Below, one piece after another: positions 56,665-64,000 of a stretch of DNA of 64,000 bases. This DNA is from an uncultured Acidobacteriota bacterium (GTDB lineage Bacteria > Actinomycetota > Acidimicrobiia > Spongiisociales > ZC4RG35): assembly GCA_963828465.1 (NCBI GenBank), contig CAWHEU010000026.1, forward strand, positions 1 through 64,000, given 5' to 3'. The notes beneath the pieces are model-generated. The model was not told the DNA's origin and did no database searches. It saw only the letters and a list, made by a program, of their open reading frames with translations. A program made the translations under genes and the position numbers. Positions within the stretch are counted from its first letter, which is position 1, and the number at the start of each line of letters is the position of its first letter.

Positions 56665-57897
56665 TCAGTCGACCCTATCCGGGATCACTTCGCGGACGAT
56701 CTCGAGGAACTCGTCGTCGTCGAGGAGCCCTTTCTTGGCCAGGGACCGGCCTTTGACCTCCGCCAGGATGGCCTCGATCTCCTTGGTCTCGGCATCGTGG
56801 ATCCCGTGAGCACCGAGCCATATCGCCACCGAGTCGAGGCCGGAGCCTTTGCCGAGCACGATCTTGGGGTCGGCCTGTCCGACCAGCTCGGGACGGAATG
56901 GGAAGGGCTCGAGCAGTTCGTCGCCGACGTTCTTCACCCAAGTGGCGATGATCCCCGACTCGACGTTGTAGAGCATGTCGCCGGTCACCGGCCGGTTGGC
57001 GGGCTGGGTGACTCCCGAGACGTCGGCCACCAAGCGGGCGATCTCGGTGAACTTGGTGGTGTCGATCCCGGTGTCGATGCCATACATGGTGAGGAGGGCG
57101 AGGACGGTTTCTTCGGTCGGCGCGTTTCCGGCCCGTTCCCCGATCCCGCTGACGGTGGTGTGGATCACCGAGGCGCCCTCGGCGACGGCGAGTGCGGTGT
57201 TGGCCACACCCATGCCGAAGTCCATGTGGAAATGAGTCTCGAGGGGGACAGCCATCCTCTCCCGGACCCGCTGTGTGTAGTAGCGAATGGCGTGCGGAGA
57301 GGTCACGCCGAAGGTGTCGACCAGGGCGATGTTGTCGACGTGGCCCTCGGTGGCGACCTGCTCCAGATCGTCGAGGAGCTCGGTCATCGTGGCCCTGGTG
57401 GCGTCGATCGGGAAGAACGTCACTTTCAAACCGTTGTCGTGGGCGTACTTGGTTGCCTCCACGGACGCCTCGATCGCCTTCTCCACCGGCCAGCGGTAGG
57501 CCTTCTCGATGAGGTGATGGCTGGCCGGCACCTCCATCACGACTCCGCTGACCCCGCAGTCCAGCGCCAGCTCGACGTCGGGGACCATGCAACGGCTGAA
57601 GGCATAGATCTCCGAAGGGAGGCCCTCGCCCACCATGCGTCTGATGGCATCGGCATCGGAGGGGGAGACGGCGGGGAGACCGGCCTCGATCCGATGGATC
57701 CCCGCCTCGGCCAGGGCGGTGGCGATTCTCACCTTGTCGTCAGAGGTGAACTCCACACCGGCCTGCTGCTCCCCGTCGCGGAGGGTCACATCGTGGACCT
57801 GGACATTCGATGGGATGGAGAAACCCTCGGTGACCTCGGGGAGGTAATTCCAGGGGCTGGAGAACCAGAGGTCGGTCTTCCAAGGCTCGCGGTCCAT
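56665..57897 (-). CDS. DRE-TIM Claisen-condensing enzyme (isopropylmalate/homocitrate/citramalate synthase-like, no regulatory domain)
   Basis: HDVTLRDGEQ, IEAG, DTFG, HFHMDFG, GIGERAGN, LGKGSG. SD GAGGAG precedes ATG 57897. Confidence 0.88.
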   Translation of the reverse strand: MDREPWKTDLWFSSPWNYLPEVTEGFSIPSNVQVHDVTLRDGEQQAGVEFTSDDKVRIATALAEAGIHRIEAGLPAVSPSDADAIRRMVGEGLPSEIYAFSRCMVPDVELALDCGVSGVVMEVPASHHLIEKAYRWPVEKAIEASVEATKYAHDNGLKVTFFPIDATRATMTELLDDLEQVATEGHVDNIALVDTFGVTSPHAIRYYTQRVRERMAVPLETHFHMDFGMGVANTALAVAEGASVIHTTVSGIGERAGNAPTEETVLALLTMYGIDTGIDTTKFTEIARLVADVSGVTQPANRPVTGDMLYNVESGIIATWVKNVGDELLEPFPFRPELVGQADPKIVLGKGSGLDSVAIWLGAHGIHDAETKEIEAILAEVKGRSLAKKGLLDDDEFLEIVREVIPDRVD

Positions 57898-57927
57898 TTC
57901 TCTGCTCCTCACCCGTTCGACAGGACG

Positions 57928-57947
57928 ATCGTGCATCATATACGATC
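57928..57947 (-). promoter_or_regulatory. Putative operator copy (GATCGTATATGATGCACGAT on the minus strand)
   Basis: In the divergent spacer between the DRE-TIM operon and the dctP operon. Confidence 0.72.
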
Positions 57948-58001
57948 GATAATCGACCAGAGCAAACAGGATCGGCCCCGGCACCGGCTCCGAGTATCAG
58001 G

Positions 58002-58922
58002 ATGAGCCGGAAAACATTGTGGATTGGGGGCTACGGGCCACGTCAGAGCGCCCACGGCGACGGTCTCGACGCCTTCAAGCGGGCCGTCGAGGAGGGAACC
58101 GAGGGCGACGTCGTCGTCGACGTCACCTGGAACATCATGGACGACGGGCGGCCCAATACCGATCTGTTCGATCTGGTCGAGGCGGGGGAGATGTTCATGT
58201 GCTACTTCTCCTCCAGCTATCTCGGGGACCGGGTGCCGGAGCTGAATGTCCTGGAGACCCCTTTCCTGTTCCCCGACCTGGCCACCGCCCATCGAGCGCT
58301 CGATGGCGAGCTCGGTGACGCATTTGCCGGAGCGGTGCGGGCCAACACCGGATTCGAAGTCCTGGGATTCTGGGACAACGGGTTCCGGCACATGACCAAC
58401 CGCCACCGCCGCATAAGCAATCCTGCTGACTGTCGCGGGATGACGGTGCGCCTCCAGCCGAACGCTATCCACGAGGAGTTGATCCGATCATGGGGAGCCG
58501 TTCCGGTGGCGGTGGAGCTCAGCGAAGGAATCCAGATGATCGCCCGTCTCGAGGTGGACGCCCAGGAGAACCCGCTGGCCAACACGGTGGCCTATGGGGT
58601 CGACCGGGTCCATCGTCACATCACGATGACCGGGCATCTCTACGGGGCAAGGGGTTTGTTCGCCCACCGGCCCACCTGGGATGACTTCGACATCGACCTT
58701 CGCCGGGTGGTGTCCAAAGCGGCACGCACCGCCATCGAGGTGCAACGACGAGCCGCAGCCGAGATGGAATCGGTGCTCCGGCTGAGATTGGAGAGTGATG
58801 GAGTCGAGTTCGTGGATCTGACCGACGAGGAGCGATCCGTGTTCATCGAGGCGTCGGCCCCGGCTATCGCCCTGGCCCATGAGGGGCTGTCGGAAGACCT
58901 CTTCGAGCTGGCCCGGCCATGA
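58002..58922 (+). CDS. TRAP DctP-like solute-binding protein without a signal peptide
   Basis: VPELNVLETPFLF, LGFWDNGFRHMTN, DCRGMTVR, WGAVPV, VDAQENPL, TGH. No N-terminal hydrophobic segment. Confidence 0.85.
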   Translation: MSRKTLWIGGYGPRQSAHGDGLDAFKRAVEEGTEGDVVVDVTWNIMDDGRPNTDLFDLVEAGEMFMCYFSSSYLGDRVPELNVLETPFLFPDLATAHRALDGELGDAFAGAVRANTGFEVLGFWDNGFRHMTNRHRRISNPADCRGMTVRLQPNAIHEELIRSWGAVPVAVELSEGIQMIARLEVDAQENPLANTVAYGVDRVHRHITMTGHLYGARGLFAHRPTWDDFDIDLRRVVSKAARTAIEVQRRAAAEMESVLRLRLESDGVEFVDLTDEERSVFIEASAPAIALAHEGLSEDLFELARP

Positions 58923-59666
58923 ACCACGACTTCGACGACCGGGTCGTGGTGGTAACCGGCGCCGCAGTCGGCATCGGTAAGGCCACGGCCGCCGCCTTCG
59001 GCAACGCCGGCGGCACCGTCTACCTCGTCGACATCGACGCAGATGCTGGGACGCGTCTCGGCCGGGGCGATCGCAGGCGCCACCTTCATCCACTGCGACC
59101 TGACTTTGGAGGACGAAGTGGCAGCTGCTATCGAGGCCATCGACCAGTCCTCCGGGCGCATCGATGTCCTGGTGAACAACGCCGGTGGTTTCCCCGAGGC
59201 GCTCGGGCTGGAGGACACCACGATCGAGGAGTGGCATCGGATTCTCGACGCCAACCTGACCTCCGTGTTTCTGATGACGCGTGCTTCTCTCCCTCTGTTG
59301 CGCCGATCCGAGGCCGGTCGCATCGTCAACCTCGGGTCCCTTGCCGGTCAGACAGCGGGTTGGCAGACGGCGCCGCCCTACGTCGCCGCCAAGGCCGGGG
59401 TACATGGTCTGACCCGCGCCCTGGCGACCGAGCTCGCCGGCGAGGGCATAACCGTGAACGCCGTTGCCCCATCGGCCGTGCTCACCGAGCGCATCTCCAG
59501 GCTTCGCGACGAATCCGAGCTCGCCGCCACCGCCGCATCCATCCCCCTCGGCCGGTATCAGTCCCCTGAGGAGGTGGCCGAGTGGGTGCTGTTCCTGTCC
59601 TCGTCCGCCGCAGGCTTCATGACCGGTCAGACCGTGTCGGTCAACGGCGGTAGGTTCATGGCATGA
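58919..59666 (+). CDS. Short-chain dehydrogenase/reductase (apparent +1 frameshift near 59060)
   Basis: VTGAAVGIG in the first frame, then LVNNAGG, IVNLGS, YVAAK, VNAVAP, MTGQTVSVNGG. Confidence 0.88.
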
Positions 59667-59682
59667 CACCTGGGAGGGGCTC

Positions 59683-60066
59683 GTGGCCGAGCTGATCCGA
59701 TTCGACGAGGCCGATCCGGTGGCACGCGGGGATGGGATCGAGAGTGTCCAGCTGACCCCGACGCCACTCGAGGGCCAGCGGTTCACGATGGGTGTCACCA
59801 GCTTTCCCCCGGGGACCAGCATCCGTCTTCACAGCCACAACACCATCGAGCAGGTGACCGTGCTCGAGGGGGAAGGTATCGCCGAGTTGAACGGTGAGCA
59901 GGTCGAGGCCAGGCCCTACGACACGACCCAAATCGCTCCCGGGGAGTGGCACCGGTTCATCAACACCGGGGCCGGGACGATGAGGATCCTCTGGGTCTAC
60001 GGGAGCACCGAGGTCACCCGAACCTTTGCCGACACCGGGGAGACCGTGGACCAATTCGAGCGGTGA
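59683..60066 (+). CDS. Cupin domain protein
   Basis: LHSHNTIEQVTVLEG, PGEWHRFIN. Confidence 0.85.
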   Translation: MAELIRFDEADPVARGDGIESVQLTPTPLEGQRFTMGVTSFPPGTSIRLHSHNTIEQVTVLEGEGIAELNGEQVEARPYDTTQIAPGEWHRFINTGAGTMRILWVYGSTEVTRTFADTGETVDQFER

Positions 60067-61100
60067 GATTCCCGTTCGAGCGTCTCGTCGCCTTCTCACG
60101 AGACGTCCTGGTCGCTGTCGATGCGCTGCCCGAGCACGCCGAGGTGACCGCCCGCCGGCTGCTCGAGGCCGATCTGAGAGGGCGGACCGGTCACGGTCTG
60201 ATCCGGGTCCCCCAGTACGTGATGAGGATCGAGGCAGGTGGCATCGATCTCCGTCCCGAGATCTCCGTCCTTCGGGAGACACCGGTGAGTGCCCTGGTCG
60301 ACGGTGACAATGGTCTGGGTCAGGTCGTGATGACCCTGGCTGCCGAGACTGCGATGGCCAAGGCCACCGAATCGGGCATGGCCTGGGTGGGCACGGTCCA
60401 TTCCAACCATGCCGGCGCTGCCGGTGTGTACACCACGATGGCGGCTCGCCGGGACCTCATCGCCCTCTACATCGCGGTAGCCAGCGCCAATGTGATGCCC
60501 CCTTGGGGCGGGCAGGAGAGGCTGCTCGGGACCAACCCGATCTCCATTGCCATTCCGGCAGGCGAGGGACATCCATACGTCCTCGACATCGCAACGACAG
60601 TCACATCACACGGCACGATCAAGGTGTTGGCCCAGGCCGGCGAGTTGATGCCCGAGGGCTGGGTGGTCGATCTCGAGGGCAACCCGATCTTGGACCCGAA
60701 TCGAGCCGACGAGGGCTTTCTCATGCCGATCGGTGGCTACAAGGGGTCCGGGCTCAACATCGGTCTCGGCTTGCTCGCCGGGGTGCTCAACGGTGCCGCG
60801 TTCGGGGACGACGTGATCGACCACCGCAAAGTGCCGGGACAACCGGCCAACACAGGCCAGGCGATGTTCGTGATGCGACCCGACCTGTTCAGCGACCTCG
60901 ACCAATTTCGTGCAGACATGGATCACCACCTGAATGACCTTCGCGCCGCCGGCCCACCGGGGTCGGTTCGCCTCCCCGGTGATATCGCTGCCGAGCTCGA
61001 AGCGGAGCGATCAGCGGAAGGGATCCCGGTCGGCGACGTCCTTCTCGGCCAGCTTCGTGATCTAGGAGCGCGCTTGGGTTTGGAGGACCGGCTCGACTGA
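60063..61100 (+). CDS. Ldh_2 family dehydrogenase (ComC/AllD/DpkA-like)
   Basis: EADLRG...HG, VDGDNGLG, SNHAG, GTNPI, DIAT, GGYKGSGL, RLPG. Confidence 0.9.
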   Translation: MRFPFERLVAFSRDVLVAVDALPEHAEVTARRLLEADLRGRTGHGLIRVPQYVMRIEAGGIDLRPEISVLRETPVSALVDGDNGLGQVVMTLAAETAMAKATESGMAWVGTVHSNHAGAAGVYTTMAARRDLIALYIAVASANVMPPWGGQERLLGTNPISIAIPAGEGHPYVLDIATTVTSHGTIKVLAQAGELMPEGWVVDLEGNPILDPNRADEGFLMPIGGYKGSGLNIGLGLLAGVLNGAAFGDDVIDHRKVPGQPANTGQAMFVMRPDLFSDLDQFRADMDHHLNDLRAAGPPGSVRLPGDIAAELEAERSAEGIPVGDVLLGQLRDLGARLGLEDRLD

Positions 61101-61105
61101 ACAGA

Positions 61106-62191
61106 TCAGGCAGGTGGCGAGGCGATTGACCACCGGACGTGGCCCGGCGTGATATCGGCCACCGACCCACAGCCGATGTTGGCCATGGTGCTGCTGATCT
61201 CGTCTTCCAGGATCTCCAATGCACGCGAGAGTGCGTCGGCGCCCCCGACTGCCAGTCCCCAGCACTGAAGACGCCCGATGCCTACCGCCCGCGCACCCAG
61301 TGCCAAGGCCTTGCAAACCTCCGCCCCGCGGGTGAAGCCGCTGTCCACTGCCACCTCTGCGTCCGGACCGACAGCTTCGACTACCTCGGCCAGAGCTTCG
61401 ATCGTGCTGAGACCCTGGTCGATCATCCGCCCGCCGTGATTGGAGACGTAGACGGCGGCCACACCGCAATCGACAGCCTCCAAGGCGTCCTCGGCGGCCA
61501 TGACTCCTTTCACGACGACTGGCAGAGCGGTGTGGGCACAGAGCCAGGCGAGATCGGGCCAGGTGAAGGTCGCCCGATAGGCGTAGTCGAATCCATGTCG
61601 GTTCAGACTGTCTGTCCCTTCCGCCGGCACTGCCCAGCCGAAGCCGCTCTCGATGCTCCGGTCACGCCGTCCGATCACGGGCGAATCCACGGTCACGCAT
61701 ATCCCGGCGAACCCGGCCTGTTCCGCCCTGTCGGCGATTTCGCTCATCCAGGGTCGATCACCCATCGGATATATCTGGAAGAAATGACGGCCGGGCGCAG
61801 TGGACGCCACGTCCTCCCACGGGGACGCGGTGAGCATCGCGCAGAATGCCGACGTCCCGCGCGTGGTTGCTGCCTCCGCCGCAGCCAAAGCATCCCCAGG
61901 GTCGTACAACCCCAGGGCGGCCACAGGGGCGAGCATCACCGGGACAGCGAGCGGCACTCCGACGAACGACGAAGTGGTGTCGACACGGCTCACGTCCCGC
62001 AGCACCCGCGGGACCAGGGCGAGGCGGTTCAGGGCGAGCGAGTTGCGTGTCGTGGTCACGCCCTGACCGGCACCGGCGGCCCCCCATTCGTATGGCCCGG
62101 GCTCGACCGACTCACGAGCACGAGCGATGATCTGGTCGATGGTCACCAGGTCGTCGAAATTGGCGGAGCCGGTCACCGGGGCATCCCCCAT
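61106..62191 (-). CDS. FMN-dependent alpha-hydroxy acid oxidase/dehydrogenase
   Basis: PRVLRDVS, LAPVA, FQIY, TVDSP, VVKG, SNHGGR, DSG, ALGARAVGIGR. Confidence 0.92.
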   Translation of the reverse strand: MGDAPVTGSANFDDLVTIDQIIARARESVEPGPYEWGAAGAGQGVTTTRNSLALNRLALVPRVLRDVSRVDTTSSFVGVPLAVPVMLAPVAALGLYDPGDALAAAEAATTRGTSAFCAMLTASPWEDVASTAPGRHFFQIYPMGDRPWMSEIADRAEQAGFAGICVTVDSPVIGRRDRSIESGFGWAVPAEGTDSLNRHGFDYAYRATFTWPDLAWLCAHTALPVVVKGVMAAEDALEAVDCGVAAVYVSNHGGRMIDQGLSTIEALAEVVEAVGPDAEVAVDSGFTRGAEVCKALALGARAVGIGRLQCWGLAVGGADALSRALEILEDEISSTMANIGCGSVADITPGHVRWSIASPPA

Positions 62192-62195
62192 GTCC

Positions 62196-63257
62196 TCAAT
62201 AGACCACTTCCACCAGCCGCCGCTCCCGGGCCGATCGCTCGATGGCCTCGCAGACCTGGGCACTGCGAAGACCGTCCAGACCGGATGCGTTCGGCTCCTC
62301 CCCGCTCAGCACCGAATTGGTGAAGGCGGCGAGAGACAGCCGGTGGGCCTCGGGCGCCGGGTAACGGGTGGTGGTTTCGCCCGCATCGGTGAGGATCGCC
62401 AGCTCACCGTCACTGCGTGATCGGGTGAAGGACTTGCCCACCACACGGCCTTGGGTCCCGTAGATAACGATGTCGTTGAGAGGATCGCGCAACTTCTCGT
62501 TGGCGTCGTACTGGACCATGACGCCATTCTCGAACCGCAGCTGTATCAGCGCCAGCATCTCGACCTCACCCGAGCCGGGCACCTGATCGAACATGGCCAT
62601 CACCTCCACGGGCTCCGAATGCAGCAGGACCCTGAGGAAGTCGAGCCCGTGCACACCCACGTTGTGGACCGAGCCCAGGCCGGCCATGACCGGGTCGGCT
62701 CGCCAGTTGTCGTAATGGCGCGGCCCCGAAGCGACCTGGAGCTGGACCACCCGGACGTCGCCAATCGTCCCCTCGGCGATGAGGCGGCTCACATCTCGAA
62801 CCCAGGGGAGATGGCGGTTGTGGAAGTTGACCCCGAGCGAGACGCCCGCCGACTCACAGGCGTCGAGGGCGCGCCTCGCATCGGCGACGTTGTTGCCCAG
62901 GGGCTTGTCACACAAGACGTGCTTTCCGGCACCGGCGGCAGCCACCACCTGATCGGCGTGGAACAGGTTTGGAGTGGCGATGAAGACCGCATCGACTTCG
63001 GGGTTGGCCAGCATCTCGTCATAGTCGGTGTATGCGAAGCGAGCCCCGAACTCCCGTGCGAAGTCATCGGCCCGACCCTGGTCCCGGCTCACAGCAGCCA
63101 CGAGATCACACGCCGGCTCGACCACCATCGCCGGCGCCATCGTGGACCGGACGATGTTGCCGATACCGATGATGCCCCAGCCGAGCGTTTCTCCCCCCAG
63201 CGAAGCGTTGGGGGGAGTACCGCCGGAGGCGGGGAGGGGGGCTTCTCGCTCGGTCAC
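62196..63257 (-). CDS. Gfo/Idh/MocA oxidoreductase
   Basis: WGIIGIG, IATPN, GKHVLCDKP, FHNR, GVHGLD. Confidence 0.9.
   Translation of the reverse strand: MTEREAPLPASGGTPPNASLGGETLGWGIIGIGNIVRSTMAPAMVVEPACDLVAAVSRDQGRADDFAREFGARFAYTDYDEMLANPEVDAVFIATPNLFHADQVVAAAGAGKHVLCDKPLGNNVADARRALDACESAGVSLGVNFHNRHLPWVRDVSRLIAEGTIGDVRVVQLQVASGPRHYDNWRADPVMAGLGSVHNVGVHGLDFLRVLLHSEPVEVMAMFDQVPGSGEVEMLALIQLRFENGVMVQYDANEKLRDPLNDIVIYGTQGRVVGKSFTRSRSDGELAILTDAGETTTRYPAPEAHRLSLAAFTNSVLSGEEPNASGLDGLRSAQVCEAIERSARERRLVEVVY
63188..63241. repeat. Palindromic repeat element, copy 2 (inside the Gfo 5' end)
   Basis: TTTCTCCCCCC-AGCGAAGCGTT-GGGGGGAGTACC-GCCGGAGGC-GGGGAGGGGGG. Confidence 0.75.
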
Positions 63258-64000
63258 GCCAAGCCCAGGATCCTGGCCGGGTTCCCGCTGAGGATTGCCT
63301 CCTTCTCTCCGGCACTCAGCTCGGGGAGGCCGTTTACCCAGTTGACCGCGTCGTGCTGGACCATGGGGGCTGGATAGTCGGTGCCCAGAACGACGCGGTC
63401 GATGCCGACCGCGTCGATGAGGAAGCGCAGGGCGGGCCCGCTGTATGTGCAGGAGTCGTAGAGGAACCGCGAGAGGTAGTCGCTGGGTGGCATCGCCTGG
63501 GCGAATCCGTCGGACTGACCAAACGGGGGGATGAACCCTTCGCCCGAATCGGGCTCCAACGCCCCGGCCACCTTGTCCATCCGGGCCACCCCAAAGGAGG
63601 TGAATCCGCCCCCGTGTGCCAGGTACGGCTTGAGCTCAGGACAGCGGTCGAGGACCCCGCCGAACACAAGCGTGGCGAAGACGAGCGCCCGCTCGGTGAG
63701 GTTGCCTACCGCATTGCCCAGCTTGTACCGACTGATGCGGTGGCTGACCACCGTGTCCCCGCCCTGATGAAAGAAGACGATCGCTCCCAGCTCCTCGGCT
63801 GCGGTGAAGAAGGGGAGGAAGTCCGGCTCGTCATAGGTCCGGCCAGCTACGTGATCGCTGATGATCACGCCTTGCAGGCCGAGGTGCGTCATGGCCCGCT
63901 CCATCTCGGCGATGGCGCTCGGCGGGTCCTGCATGGGCAACGTGGCCAAGCCGGAGAACCGGGCTGGGTTCGCTGCCACCATCTCGGCGATCTCGTCGTT
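63254..64000 (-). CDS. Amidohydrolase_2 (ACMSD-like) #5 (5' end beyond the window)
   Basis: ATLPMQD, FFHQ, AHGGG, YDS, LGTDYP, GNPARIL. Confidence 0.88.
   Translation of the reverse strand, partial: NDEIAEMVAANPARFSGLATLPMQDPPSAIAEMERAMTHLGLQGVIISDHVAGRTYDEPDFLPFFTAAEELGAIVFFHQGGDTVVSHRISRYKLGNAVGNLTERALVFATLVFGGVLDRCPELKPYLAHGGGFTSFGVARMDKVAGALEPDSGEGFIPPFGQSDGFAQAMPPSDYLSRFLYDSCTYSGPALRFLIDAVGIDRVVLGTDYPAPMVQHDAVNWVNGLPELSAGEKEAILSGNPARILGLA

Noticed and set aside
56665-57897. Housekeeping leuA
   Set aside because: No regulatory domain, no leuBCD, an HFHMD variant motif, and a catabolic-type context.
61106-62191. Mycofactocin MftD / mycofactocin cluster
   Set aside because: No precursor peptide, MftB or radical SAM MftC in the window.
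1-64000. CRISPR array, tRNA/rRNA, integrase or IS transposase bounding the catabolic region
   Set aside because: None recognised by eye. Base composition looks uniform apart from the DUF222 gene, so a recently acquired island is not supported. tRNAscan-SE and Infernal were not run.

Overview
High-GC bacterial DNA, most likely Actinomycetota and probably Acidimicrobiia-like. This is inferred from an F420-type LLM enzyme, a DUF222/HNH gene with a TCGAAC-N4-GTTCGA SOS box, and many apparently leaderless genes. Bases 1-3.3 kb hold an NAD-linked formate dehydrogenase operon whose catalytic subunit has an in-frame UGA (selenocysteine) followed by a SECIS hairpin. Bases 3.4-8.6 kb hold a housekeeping block (rsmI, abrB-like, tatD, rsmA, ispE). 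The remaining ~55 kb is a dense, paralog-rich small-molecule catabolism region: five ACMSD-like amidohydrolases, four Gfo/Idh/MocA oxidoreductases, two enolase-superfamily enzymes, two family III CoA-transferases, an acyl-CoA dehydrogenase with a MaoC pair and a CitE-like lyase, TPP enzymes, a lone CoxL-like Mo subunit, a compact PEP-utilising dikinase-like protein, a DRE-TIM synthase, an M24 hydrolase, a signal-less DctP, MFS/EamA transporters and two GntR regulators. A shared ~20-bp pseudo-palindrome (GATCnTATATnnTGCAyGAT) recurs at 4-5 promoters over 41 kb and appears to tie these operons into one regulon. Two copies of a palindromic element sit in-frame inside genes, and a 162-bp hairpin/MITE-like element lies inside the FDH operon. 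At least six single-base frameshifts look like long-read consensus errors. I saw no rRNA, tRNA or CRISPR array. All family assignments come from motif recognition by eye, not from database searches.
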